Source of the DNA: a bacterium
Lineage (GTDB): Bacteria; SAR324; XYD2-FULL-50-16; G965216635
Assembly: GCA_965216635.1 (NCBI GenBank)
Contig: OZ244188.1
Location: 1,248,001 to 1,312,000, forward strand
Direction: 5' to 3'
Length of the DNA: 64,000 nucleotides
Both the position numbers and the translations under genes were made by a program. Below the pieces are notes generated by a model. That model saw only the letters and a program-made list of their open reading frames with translations, was not told where the DNA came from and ran no database searches. Positions 1 to 9,688 of the stretch are shown in pieces (the stretch's first letter is position 1; each line of letters begins with the position of its first letter).

Positions 1-725
1 ATCAATTCTTGGCAGATATAGATAGGCTAGATGATTCCACTTTGTTCAATAATGACACTCTATCTAATAATGGGACTTTTTCAAAATATGCTTGGGCAAT
101 AGAGCAAGAAGCAACGACAGACTTGCTCCAAAAAGCACCCAGTGATACTTTTTGGCGTAATTATATTTCAGGGTTAGAGGCTTTTAGAAATAGAGACTAC
201 GAAAAATCTTTCTTATTGCTAAACTCTGCGCTTGAAAAAGAAAAGGCTCCTTGGGGTTACTTTTTATTGGGGATGCTGTTTGAAAGACAAAAAAATTATT
301 CTAATTCTGCCGATTCTTATAAAAAATTTCTTTCTGCTTACCCCAATAATGGAACTGTTTTAGAAAGGTTAGCTGTAGTTTATGATTTAGACGAACAGTC
401 TGATTTATCTGAGAAAATTTATCATAGAATTTTACAACGGAACCCGAACAACGCTACTGCTCTTAACAATCTTTCTTGGCTTTATCTAACTAAGAAACAA
501 AGTCCAGAAAACCAAAAAAAGGCTTTAAAATTAGCTAAAAAAGCTGTTACGATTCGTAAAGTTTCAGCTCATCTAGATACACTCGCAGAAGCATATTTTC
601 AAAATAAACAATATAAAAAGGCAATAAAATTTATAGAGCAAGCTGTAGCACTGGATAGGAATAATTTGGATCACTTTAAATTACAAAGAAATAAGTTTTT
701 AGAAAAGATAGTAAAGTCTAAATAA
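1..725 (+). CDS. TPR-repeat protein, 5'-truncated by window edge
   Basis: Frame is open from the window start; TPR helices (ALNNLSWLY, HLDTLAEAYF, AIKFIEQAVALD). Confidence 0.8.
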   Translation, partial: QFLADIDRLDDSTLFNNDTLSNNGTFSKYAWAIEQEATTDLLQKAPSDTFWRNYISGLEAFRNRDYEKSFLLLNSALEKEKAPWGYFLLGMLFERQKNYSNSADSYKKFLSAYPNNGTVLERLAVVYDLDEQSDLSEKIYHRILQRNPNNATALNNLSWLYLTKKQSPENQKKALKLAKKAVTIRKVSAHLDTLAEAYFQNKQYKKAIKFIEQAVALDRNNLDHFKLQRNKFLEKIVKSK

Positions 726-796
726 AATTTGTATTTTTTTATTTTTTCTATTAAAATTCAAATTTGTTTGATTTTAGGTTTTAACTATTTAAATAG

Positions 797-1720
797 ATGA
801 AAAAAGAAAAAAATAATTTCAAAAAAAGGATATTAAAAATATGGAAAGGATATTCTTTTTTTATTTTATTAGCTGCAACTTTTGTTGTGCTTCTTACCGT
901 CGGCATAGCTGAAAAATTTTATCGAGAAACAGGGAGTTTTTCTAAGAAAGAACATACTTCCAATAAAATTGCTTTAATTTCTATTAAGGGAGTAATATTA
1001 TCATCGGAAGATTTAGTAGAATATTTGGATGAGATAGAAAAAAACGATGAGATTGTAGGTCTTATTTTAAGAATTAATAGCCCAGGTGGAGCTGTAGCTC
1101 CAGTTCAAGAAATTTATGAAAAACTTTTAAGAATTAGAGAAACAAAAACTATCTATAGTTCGATTTCTAGCTTGGCTGCTTCCGGTGGCTATTACATTGC
1201 TTCTGCGAGTGATAAAATATTCGCTAATAAAGGCTCCATTGTAGGTAGCATCGGAGTTATTTTTCAATACTTTCGTTACGATGGGTTAATGCAAAAAATT
1301 GGAGTATCAGCGGTAGTGATTAAATCGGGTGAGCATAAAGATATCTTTAGCTCTTACAGGGCTATGAGCGAAGAGGAGAGAGAAATTATTCAAGATTTAG
1401 TGGATGAATCCCACCAGCAGTTTGTATCTGATGTGTCTCAAGGTAGAGGAGTAGCTTATGAAGACGTTGCTTCTGTGGCTGATGGTAGAATTTTTTCGGG
1501 TAAAAAAGCCAAGCAGTACGGTTTAATTGATAAAATAGGAGATTTAGACGCTGCTATTGAAGGTATCAAAAAAAGTTTAAATCTTGATGCTATAGAAATT
1601 GTTCATCCTCCTCAGAAATGGATAGATAAATATTTTGATGGTTTTGTTAACTCTTCATTTTTTCAGACTCTACAAATGTCTTTACTCCCTAGAGGACTTG
1701 TTGCCATCTCTCCTCTCTAA
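797..1720 (+). CDS. sppA: Signal peptide peptidase SppA (S49, 36K type)
   Basis: N-terminal TM; RINSPGG, AASGGYYIA, GSIGV, KSGEHKD motifs. Confidence 0.93.
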   Translation: MKKEKNNFKKRILKIWKGYSFFILLAATFVVLLTVGIAEKFYRETGSFSKKEHTSNKIALISIKGVILSSEDLVEYLDEIEKNDEIVGLILRINSPGGAVAPVQEIYEKLLRIRETKTIYSSISSLAASGGYYIASASDKIFANKGSIVGSIGVIFQYFRYDGLMQKIGVSAVVIKSGEHKDIFSSYRAMSEEEREIIQDLVDESHQQFVSDVSQGRGVAYEDVASVADGRIFSGKKAKQYGLIDKIGDLDAAIEGIKKSLNLDAIEIVHPPQKWIDKYFDGFVNSSFFQTLQMSLLPRGLVAISPL

Positions 1721-1722
1721 AA

Positions 1723-3525
1723 ATGGAATCTATTGTAAATAAAAACGGAACACGCACAGTATCATCTTTTAAAAGATACAGATGTTCTGAAATCAGTGAA
1801 AAAAATTTAAATCAAGCAATTGTTTTACAGGGTTGGGTTAACCGTCGTCGCGATCACGGCAATGTGATTTTCATAGATTTGCGAGATGTATCTGGGATGA
1901 TTCAAATAGTTTTTGATCTTGAAGTGGACAAAAAATCTCATAAAATTGCAGAAACCATTCGTCCCGAATATGTGCTGCAAATTAAAGGGGTTCTCAAAAA
2001 CAGAAATGAGGAGAGTGTGAATCCTCAAATGAAAACAGGAAAATGGGAACTTTTTGTTAATCAAGTAGAAATACTCAATACTAGCAAAACTCCACCTTTT
2101 TTCATTAACGAAGAAGGAGAGGTTGGCGAAAAAATTTTATTGCAGTATAGGTATTTAGATTTACGAAGACCCCAACTCCAAAAAAATCTTATACTTCGCT
2201 CTCAAGCCAATTCTCTTGTTCGCAATTTTTTAGTAAAAGAAAATTTTTTAGAAATAGAAACCCCCATCCTTACCCGTTCTACTCCTGAAGGAGCTAGAGA
2301 TTTTATTGTTCCCTCACGGTTACAATCTGGAAATTTTTATGCTTTACCACAATCTCCACAACTTTTTAAACAGGCTTTAATGATAAGCGGTTTAGATAGA
2401 TACTATCAAATTAGCCGTTGTTTTAGAGACGAAGACCTACGCCAGAATCGTCAACCAGAATTTTCTCAGATTGATTTGGAGTTGTCTTTTAGCAGTAGAG
2501 AAACCATTTTTGAAATTGTAGAGCAAATAATTTCTTTGCTTTGGAAAGAATTACTTGGTATCAATCTCCCGCTGCCTTTTCCTATCATAGACTACGCGGA
2601 AGCTATGCAAAAATATGGTAGCGATAAACCTGATATCCGCATTGGGATGGAATTAAAAGAAATCACCGATATTGTGAAAAATTCTGAATTCCAAGTTTTT
2701 ACAAAATCCATAGAGCAAGGAGGAATTGTTAAGGCGATTTGTGTTACAGCTGGTGCAGATTTTAGTAGAGGAGAATTAGATGTTTTGACAAAAATCGCAA
2801 TAGAAAACAAAGCAAAGGGTATGGCTTGGGTAAAACTTGTAGCTGAAGGCTGGCAATCTCCAATAGCAAAATTTTTTAGTGAAAAACAACAAAACCAAAT
2901 TGTAGCAACCCTGCAAGCCAAGCAAGGAGATTTGATTCTTTTTGCTGCGGATAGAGTGAGCATAGTAAATAATGTCTTATCTGTTTTAAGGCAAGACATT
3001 GCGGCAAAAAAAAATCTTACCAAGAAAGATGATTTTCAATTTTGCTGGATTGTAGATTTTCCTCTTTTTGAATATTCTGAAGAAGAAAAAAGATTAACCA
3101 GCGTGCATCATCCTTTTACTCTACCCTACCTAAAAGATTGGGAAAAATATCACAAAGAAGAACCTCTTAAAATCAAATCTCTCACCTATGATTTAGTCCT
3201 CAATGGCGAAGAACTTGGTGGAGGCGGAATGCGGATTCATAAAAAAGAATTACAACAACTTGTTTTTGAAAAATTGGGGATTGGAGAAGAAGCTAAAGAA
3301 AAATTTGCATTTTTGCTAGAGGCTTTAGAATATGGAGCACCTCCGCACGGTGGAATAGCCTTAGGTATGGATAGAATTATGATGTACTTGGCGAAAACTC
3401 AATCTATCAGAGATGTAATTGCTTTTCCAAAAACGCAAAACGCTTCTTGCTTAATGACAGAAGCTCCTGCAGAAATATCTAAAAAACAACTTCAAGAGCT
3501 TTCTATTGGCGTAAAAGAACTTTAA
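1723..3525 (+). CDS. aspS: Aspartate--tRNA ligase
   Basis: GWVNRRRDHG, TPEGARDF, LPQSPQLFKQ, CFRDEDLR, GAPPHGGIALG. Confidence 0.98.
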   Translation: MESIVNKNGTRTVSSFKRYRCSEISEKNLNQAIVLQGWVNRRRDHGNVIFIDLRDVSGMIQIVFDLEVDKKSHKIAETIRPEYVLQIKGVLKNRNEESVNPQMKTGKWELFVNQVEILNTSKTPPFFINEEGEVGEKILLQYRYLDLRRPQLQKNLILRSQANSLVRNFLVKENFLEIETPILTRSTPEGARDFIVPSRLQSGNFYALPQSPQLFKQALMISGLDRYYQISRCFRDEDLRQNRQPEFSQIDLELSFSSRETIFEIVEQIISLLWKELLGINLPLPFPIIDYAEAMQKYGSDKPDIRIGMELKEITDIVKNSEFQVFTKSIEQGGIVKAICVTAGADFSRGELDVLTKIAIENKAKGMAWVKLVAEGWQSPIAKFFSEKQQNQIVATLQAKQGDLILFAADRVSIVNNVLSVLRQDIAAKKNLTKKDDFQFCWIVDFPLFEYSEEEKRLTSVHHPFTLPYLKDWEKYHKEEPLKIKSLTYDLVLNGEELGGGGMRIHKKELQQLVFEKLGIGEEAKEKFAFLLEALEYGAPPHGGIALGMDRIMMYLAKTQSIRDVIAFPKTQNASCLMTEAPAEISKKQLQELSIGVKEL

Positions 3526-3540
3526 AATTTTTTTAAATAG

Positions 3541-3804
3541 ATGAACCTGAAAAATAAATTTTTGAACCATCCTGAAAAATTGCAGGATTTAGAAATAGAG
3601 TTAAAAGTAGAAATCGCCTCTAAACAAATTCCTTTGAAAGATATATTAAATTTAAAAGAGGGAGGTGTTTTTATTTTTGATGAAAATTTATCTGAACCTC
3701 TAAGCATTATCATTCAAGACAAAAAAATAGCAGAAGCTACCTTAGTTCAAATTAACGATGGTTACGGAGTAAAGATAACCAAAATCCTGGAACCCTTATA
3801 TTAA
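3541..3804 (+). CDS. FliM/FliN C-terminal (SpoA) domain protein
   Basis: 87 aa; LKDILNLKEG...IAEATLVQINDGYGVKITKI SpoA pattern; no flagellar neighbours. Confidence 0.75.
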   Translation: MNLKNKFLNHPEKLQDLEIELKVEIASKQIPLKDILNLKEGGVFIFDENLSEPLSIIIQDKKIAEATLVQINDGYGVKITKILEPLY

Positions 3805-4049
3805 CGTTCTGTTTAGCCTACGCGGCAATTTTTTTTATTGTATCAACGGACATCAAAATTTTTTTATTGCTTCCTTGTTCCTATCCATTCACACGAGAAC
3901 GCACAGTACTAGCAAAATCTGCTTGGAATTGTTTTTTTACTGGAGTAGGAGAATGGGAGGTTCCTAGTCTGATTTATGCCATCATTAACAACGCTAATTT
4001 TCACGATAAGGAAGGCATGCTCCCTCCATACCCATATTACAGTTTAACT

Positions 4050-4563
4050 TTAATTTTTGATTCCTTTGGGATAAAGAAATTTGACAACAATATAACCCAT
4101 TCCTACAATCTGCAAGAAATTTTCTACTACTATAACAAAAACTAAAGAATAATATAGACCTTTGAATTTGCGTTATGTGACGGCTAGGCAAGGCGAAAAA
4201 AATTTTTAGCTCGCAGGAATACTAAAGTATTTCAAGAGTTAAAAATTTCTTTCAACGCTGCATAGGCTAAACAGAATGCAAATTCAAAAGTCTATAATAT
4301 CCGTTGAAATCAAACCACTTCAACCCTATTCCAAAAACTATAGTTGTATTGACGGCAATAAGGGTAGAAATCCAAGCAATAATAGCCCAAGACCACCATT
4401 TTCTTAATTTAAAAAAATCTTTTTTGCCTTTTAGTTCTACAACCTGTTCATCTACATCTTGTTTGGATGGTTTTATTTCTTCAGGATTTTTTGCTTCTTT
4501 TTCTAGTTTATCAACTTTCTTATTACTAATTTGCCGAGATGCTTGATTAGACGCCATATTCAA
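4050..4563 (-). pseudogene. Two-TM membrane protein gene interrupted by MITE insertion
   Basis: Removing 4155-4294 plus one TAATA copy restores a 122-aa ORF ending ...FDFNGYYSLVFVIVVENFLQIVGMGYIVVKFLYPKGIKN*. Confidence 0.85.
4155..4294. mobile_element. MITE copy (140 bp), TSD TAATA
   Basis: TAGACCTTTGAATTTGC...GCAAATTCAAAAGTCTA with TAATA on both sides. Confidence 0.92.
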
Positions 4564-5056
4564 AACGCATTCTATGATTTACAGTTGGCTCAGATACTCT
4601 AAATAGGGTTGCCAATTCTGCAATGGAAGCAATTTTGTAAAATTGTTTTAGCATAAATTTAGGCACTAACAAATTTGCTGCAAAATAATCTGCTTCTTGC
4701 TCTATAGGTTCTTTTTCTTTACTAGGTTGCATAATAGCTTCTCTTGGCAAAACCGTATAACCAGCAGAATTTAGTTCTTTTTTATGGAGTTTCCAATGCC
4801 CTAGTTCGTGAGCAATGGTAAAAACTTGCCGCGGTAAAAATTCTTCTTTGTTGATATAAATTGCATTTTTTTTATCAATAAAAAAACCAGAATATTTTTT
4901 TGATTCACCAGTAAATTCAGCAAAATAAACCCTTATTCCAAAAGCATTGGCTATTGCGATTGGATCCACTGGAGGTTCTTCGTACCCAAAACTCTCCAAT
5001 ATTTCTAATGCAGATTTTCTTGCTGTATCGTAATCAGGCTGTGTGTTTGTTGTCAT
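4547..5056 (-). CDS. ImmA/IrrE-family Zn metallopeptidase
   Basis: PPVDPIAIA, FTIAHELGH, EQEADYFAANLLVP. Confidence 0.92.
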   Translation of the reverse strand: MTTNTQPDYDTARKSALEILESFGYEEPPVDPIAIANAFGIRVYFAEFTGESKKYSGFFIDKKNAIYINKEEFLPRQVFTIAHELGHWKLHKKELNSAGYTVLPREAIMQPSKEKEPIEQEADYFAANLLVPKFMLKQFYKIASIAELATLFRVSEPTVNHRMRFEYGV

Positions 5057-5136
5057 AATAAATTTTTATATGATTGACTATGTTTTAATAGTAAAGATAT
5101 TTTACAATTTTTTCAAGTATTTTTCCAACCTATTTG

Positions 5137-5760
5137 TCAAAAAGGACGAAACACCTCTATCTTAAAAAATAATTCTAAAAGATTTTCTGAGGTTATCTGA
5201 TGAGTGTTTTCTTCACCAATATTTTTCTTTCCAATAGTTTGTGTGGTATTTTCAGTGAGATCAAAATCTTCAGGGTTTAATAACAACTTACCCGAAAAAA
5301 TATAAGCATTTTCAAAGGATCTCGTGCTAGCTATTTTCTTTTTGTTGAGTTTTAAGATTACTTTTCGCACATTGTCTTTAATATTCAATTCACATGTAAC
5401 CCAAGAAACCGCACTTAAATTTTCTACTTTTTTACTTTCCAAAGTGATTTTTTCGTATTTTTGAGTATCAAAAAAATTTTCTTTGACTAGTAAATCTGTG
5501 TTTTTATATTGGCTGGCTATACTTGTAGTATCAATCTTTATGTTCAAAAATTCTATTTCTTGAGAGCTACCAAGGGCTATATCTACCTCAAAATTTGTAA
5601 AAGTGCCTTTTATTTTTTCTTTAGCTGTTTTTCTAGTTTGAGGTAAGTGATAAAACTGAAAATCAATTTGACTAGCCTTAGAGTTTAGCTGGTAGCTATC
5701 GGCTAAAGCAGAAGAAGTGAAAAAAAAAAGACAGAAAAATATAAAAAAGCTAAGGCGCAT
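5137..5760 (-). CDS. YceI-like periplasmic protein
   Basis: Signal peptide; IKGTFTNF, IDTTSI, FFDTQKYEKI, LNIKDNVRKV pattern. Confidence 0.7.
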   Translation of the reverse strand: MRLSFFIFFCLFFFTSSALADSYQLNSKASQIDFQFYHLPQTRKTAKEKIKGTFTNFEVDIALGSSQEIEFLNIKIDTTSIASQYKNTDLLVKENFFDTQKYEKITLESKKVENLSAVSWVTCELNIKDNVRKVILKLNKKKIASTRSFENAYIFSGKLLLNPEDFDLTENTTQTIGKKNIGEENTHQITSENLLELFFKIEVFRPF

Positions 5761-6694
5761 GATTGGATTGTTGATTGCCCGATACTCCGCCTACGGCAAA
5801 AATTTTAGGTAACTGTGAAATAAAAAAAGCAACTAACATACCTAGCATAATAAAAATAGCAGCATAAAATAATTCCATAGTGAGCGAAGGAAAAATATTA
5901 CTTTCTATTACAGTTTCTTTTACTAAACTTGTTTCTTTCCAGGGCCAAATTTTTCTCAGAGAACCAAAAGTCAAACCGCCTAAAAAAGCTAAAACAGTTT
6001 TTTCCCATTTTTTCATTATCCAGCCAACAACGTGAACAAAGCAAAGCAATCCTACAATCATTCCAGAATAAAAAAGCAATAAAATAATAGTATTGTTGAT
6101 GATGAAAGGATTTTTTACACTAGTAATAATTAGGCTATATTTTCCCAAAATAACCAAAATAAAAGCGCCACTGATTCCCGGCAATAGTAGTGCGATAACG
6201 GCAATTGTGCCACACAAAAAAATAAACCAGTATGCTGTAGAAGTTTTTATGGGAATGAGACCTAATAAAAAATACCCCACTAAAATACCTATTACGGTAA
6301 AAAAAAGGAAAAAAAAATTGTAAGGAATCTTTTTTAAAAATAGTAAAGTAGAAAGAAAAATCAATCCTAAAAAAAATGACCAGCAATAAATAGGATAGTT
6401 ATTCAGTGCGTAATGGATCAAATTGGCAACTAAAATCAAAGCCAATACTATTCCTGATCCTAGAGGTATAAAAAAGTTCCACTCCACTTTACTAAAAGCA
6501 GTCTTAAAACGAGCGGTTAAAATAAATTTTAAAAAACTGAAATTAAATACCTTTAACGAATGAATCAGGCGGCTATAAATTCCAGATATTAGAGCAATAG
6601 TACCTCCAGAAACACCGGGAATGGGGTCTGCAGAGCCGATAAGAAAACCAACAATTAACAGCTTAAAAAACTTTTTCCAAAAAGAGCGCTTCAT
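5750..6694 (-). CDS. DUF368 family membrane protein
   Basis: ADPIPGVSGGTIA and LLPGISGAFILVILG repeats. Confidence 0.9.
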   Translation of the reverse strand: MKRSFWKKFFKLLIVGFLIGSADPIPGVSGGTIALISGIYSRLIHSLKVFNFSFLKFILTARFKTAFSKVEWNFFIPLGSGIVLALILVANLIHYALNNYPIYCWSFFLGLIFLSTLLFLKKIPYNFFFLFFTVIGILVGYFLLGLIPIKTSTAYWFIFLCGTIAVIALLLPGISGAFILVILGKYSLIITSVKNPFIINNTIILLLFYSGMIVGLLCFVHVVGWIMKKWEKTVLAFLGGLTFGSLRKIWPWKETSLVKETVIESNIFPSLTMELFYAAIFIMLGMLVAFFISQLPKIFAVGGVSGNQQSNHAP

Positions 6695-6696
6695 TT

Positions 6697-8052
6697 TTAT
6701 TTTAAAAGTTTGACGAGTTTTAGAGATAGCTTTTCTGAATTTTCAACACAATCGGAAATTCCTACGCCGTAGTAAGAATTATTGTGAAAATGCAAAGGGT
6801 ATTGTTCGCTAAAATTCTCTATTGCCTTTAAGATAGAAAGATGTTCCATTTGGTATTGTGGGATTGCTTTTTCATAGCGGATGATTTTAGAGTAATTAAA
6901 AGGTTTATCAATATTCGCAAAACGAGAGAGACTATGGGTTACAGATTTAAGAATTTTTTTATCTTCCCAAGAAATCAAATCAGGGTTACGATAACCTCCA
7001 GCATAAGCCTGCACTAAAAAACTTTCCTTGTTGCAACGATAATCTGGGAAAATATTACAAGGAAAATGGGCTCCAAGAAAATCTTTGCTAATATGAGCTG
7101 GCACTAATAAACCAAAACCTTTTAAAGACTTTGGAATGGCGTTTTTTTCAAAACCCAAAGCACAAACGACAAGAGGGACATAAGAAATTTTTTTAAGTTT
7201 TTTTGCGATGGGCGTTTTCTTAAGAACCTGGGCAGCACTATAGGCAGGAATGGAAAGAATAACTCTATCAAAAGCAAGACTCTTTCCATCTTGAAAAACA
7301 CAAATTGTTTTTTCTCTATCCAAAGATTGATTGCTTTTTTTTTGTGGCAGTATAATTTCTTTGAGTTTCATTTCAACCTCTATTCTATCTCCTAGATATT
7401 TAAACATAGATTCTGTGAGATGTTTCATTCCGTGTTTCAGGCTAAGCACTCCTGGTTGTGATTTTTTTTTTCGCAATCCTCTTAATAAAGAGCCGTAAAA
7501 TTTTTCGTATTTTATAAATTCTGGAAAACAGGCTTTAATAGAAAGTTGACTTAAATCTCCAGCGTAAATACCACTAATCACGGGATCTATTAGGTTACAA
7601 AAAAAATTTAGTCCTACTTGTCTTATAAAAAATTCTTTTATACTTTCGTCTTTTTTAGGTTTTTTTTTCTGCAGTTTGAGTAGATTTTTAAAAAGATAAA
7701 TTTTATCTCTGGTATTTAGAGAAAACAAAAAAAAATTCAAAAGATTTGCACCAATCTTGTTTAGGCGATTGTTGTAATAGATGTATCTTAAATTTGTTTC
7801 TGGAGTAGATAGAATAATATCTTTATCTAGTCCTAAAAAAAGACAAAGTCTGTGAATAGATAGTTTTTTATTGGTAAAAAAGGCGGCGGCACTTTCTACC
7901 AAATAATCCTTTTCTAAACTCGTATCTATAACACCACCGCAATCAGCACTCGCTTCAAAAATGGAAATTTGTTTTTTAGGGAAATGATTTTTGACTAACC
8001 ACGAACCCAGAGATAAGCCTGAAATTCCTGCTCCTATTATAGCTATTTTCAT
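6697..8052 (-). CDS. hemG: Protoporphyrinogen/coproporphyrinogen oxidase (HemY type)
   Basis: IIGAGISGL, GIYAGD, GFGLLVP, AIPQY, GVGISDCV. Confidence 0.88.
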   Translation of the reverse strand: MKIAIIGAGISGLSLGSWLVKNHFPKKQISIFEASADCGGVIDTSLEKDYLVESAAAFFTNKKLSIHRLCLFLGLDKDIILSTPETNLRYIYYNNRLNKIGANLLNFFLFSLNTRDKIYLFKNLLKLQKKKPKKDESIKEFFIRQVGLNFFCNLIDPVISGIYAGDLSQLSIKACFPEFIKYEKFYGSLLRGLRKKKSQPGVLSLKHGMKHLTESMFKYLGDRIEVEMKLKEIILPQKKSNQSLDREKTICVFQDGKSLAFDRVILSIPAYSAAQVLKKTPIAKKLKKISYVPLVVCALGFEKNAIPKSLKGFGLLVPAHISKDFLGAHFPCNIFPDYRCNKESFLVQAYAGGYRNPDLISWEDKKILKSVTHSLSRFANIDKPFNYSKIIRYEKAIPQYQMEHLSILKAIENFSEQYPLHFHNNSYYGVGISDCVENSEKLSLKLVKLLK

Positions 8053-8059
8053 TATTTTA

Positions 8060-8338
8060 AAAACCTTTGCATTAGCGTTTTATCTAGCCTATGCTACGTT
8101 GCTCAAATTTTTTATTCCTCAAAATACTCTTATTGCTGAACGCACAATAAGGGTTATAAAAACTCCAGTAGAGCTTTTGCATTGCTTTTTTTGCCTTATT
8201 TAGACCACATAACGCAAGTTTTGTAAGCAGCCTGCTCCCATTATTGTGGCGCTACGATATTCCTCGTCATAAAAAACTCTCGCACCTTGCCTAGCAGTCA
8301 CAGCTAGTTTTGTTCTATTTGGCTAACGCAAAGTTTTT
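8060..8338. mobile_element. Divergent (older) MITE copy
   Basis: Ends AAAACCTTTGCATTAGC / GCTAACGCAAAGTTTTT; shared internal modules CCCATTATTGTGGC, CCTTGCCTAGC, CACAGCTAGTTTTGT. Confidence 0.75.
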
Positions 8339-8784
8339 TTAGATTGAATGGGTAAAATTTTGGAAAAAATAAATTCCGCTGCTAAAAAATAACCTTGCAT
8401 ACCACAACCCACAATCACTCCTTGGGCTATAGCAGAAAGATAGGATTTGTGTCTAAAATCTTCTCGGGCATAGATATTAGAAATATGCACTTCCACAAAG
8501 GGAATTTGTGTTGCCTTTAAAACATCTACTAGAGCTACAGAAGTATGTCCGTATGCGGCGGGGTTGATTAAAGCAAAATCTGCGTCTTTATTTTGTTGTA
8601 AAAAATCTACAAGTGCTCCTTCGCTATTGGATTGAAAATCTAGCAGAGCTATTTTTTTTTCGGCAAATTTTTTATGAAGAGCTTGCACGAGGTTTGTTAA
8701 AGATTCATCCCCGTAAATATCAGTTTCTCTGGTGCCTAGAAGATTTAGGTTTGGCCCATTGATGAGTAAAACTTTTTTATTCAT
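8323..8784 (-). CDS. aroQ: Type II 3-dehydroquinate dehydratase
   Basis: INGPNLNLLGTRE, FQSNSEG, INPAAYGHTS, EVHISNIYARE. Confidence 0.97.
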   Translation of the reverse strand: MNKKVLLINGPNLNLLGTRETDIYGDESLTNLVQALHKKFAEKKIALLDFQSNSEGALVDFLQQNKDADFALINPAAYGHTSVALVDVLKATQIPFVEVHISNIYAREDFRHKSYLSAIAQGVIVGCGMQGYFLAAEFIFSKILPIQSKKTLR

Positions 8785-9604
8785 TTGTAAATATGTAGTT
8801 TAGAAAAATAGCAGCAGCAGAAGCTACATTGAGAGAATCTAAACCACCTGAACCTGTAATTTTCCACAAAAAATCACATTTTTTCTGGTTTAGTTTCTGC
8901 ATTCCTTTTTGCTCATTCCCTAAAATCAATAAACAATTTTGAGGTACTTCGCAATGAGAAAAATCTTTGCCTTGTAGAGCTGTTCCCACAATCCAAAAAC
9001 CTTCTTGCTTCAGCTTTTCTATCAAAGAGTTTAGATTATTTACGATACAAAAATCAATTCTTTCCATAGCTCCTGATGAAATTTTAGAAATAGTAGGTGA
9101 AGGGCTAGGGCTACGGTGCCGATTAAGGAATATATTTTTTACACCAAAATAAAGACAACTCCTTAAAATAGAGCCTATATTTTGGGTGTCCTGTAAGTGA
9201 TCTAGAGCTACCCAAATATTTTTTTTTTGCTGTATTTCTTGTTTTTCTCCCTCTTTTTTGTCTGGTGGTGTGTTCAGTGTTTTACCCAAAGGTTTGTTTT
9301 GCTGTTTTATGGGAGCTAATAATTCTTCTAAAGAAAATTTAGGTAAAGTTCCACATTCCAAGACGAGTTGTTGATGATGCTCCCTACCACAAAGAGAAGT
9401 GAGAGCACTATCGGTTAAGTATTGATGAGGGATTTTTTTGTTTTGCAAAAAATTTAAAACGTCTTTCTCTTTTGTAGAATTTTTTATTTTTTCACCCAAA
9501 TAGAGCGTGTAAAATTTTCTACGGTTGGCTTTTAAAGATTCTAAAACAGGATGTAATCCATAAAGATAATCACGGTTAGTGCCTTTTGATAGAGAGGATT
9601 TCAT
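8777..9604 (-). CDS. rlmB: TrmH/SpoU-family rRNA methyltransferase (RlmB-like)
   Basis: LYGLHPVLE, LDHLQDTQNIGSILRS, LGNEQKG, SLNVASAA. Confidence 0.85.
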   Translation of the reverse strand: MKSSLSKGTNRDYLYGLHPVLESLKANRRKFYTLYLGEKIKNSTKEKDVLNFLQNKKIPHQYLTDSALTSLCGREHHQQLVLECGTLPKFSLEELLAPIKQQNKPLGKTLNTPPDKKEGEKQEIQQKKNIWVALDHLQDTQNIGSILRSCLYFGVKNIFLNRHRSPSPSPTISKISSGAMERIDFCIVNNLNSLIEKLKQEGFWIVGTALQGKDFSHCEVPQNCLLILGNEQKGMQKLNQKKCDFLWKITGSGGLDSLNVASAAAIFLNYIFTNE

Positions 9605-9639
9605 AAATATATAACTGATTTTAAGGATAGGGAAGTTTT

Positions 9640-9688
9640 AAGCAATAAGCTTGTTTTGGCTAAACAGAATGCAAATTCAAAGCTCTAG
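9640..9688. mobile_element. MITE end fragment
   Basis: AGCAATAAGCTTGTTTTGGCTAAACAGAATGCAAATTCAAAGCTCTA matches family right end. Confidence 0.75.

Noticed and set aside
3867..4191. ORFs 3867..4145(+) and 3994..4191(-)
   Set aside because: They overlap the 3' half of the MITE-split gene or start within the MITE; no recognisable motifs.
4155..4294. TA-dinucleotide target duplication (IS630/Tc1-like)
   Set aside because: 5-bp duplications outside the terminal TA are seen in four copies, and only the 5-bp model restores a plausible hydrophobic C-terminus for the split gene.
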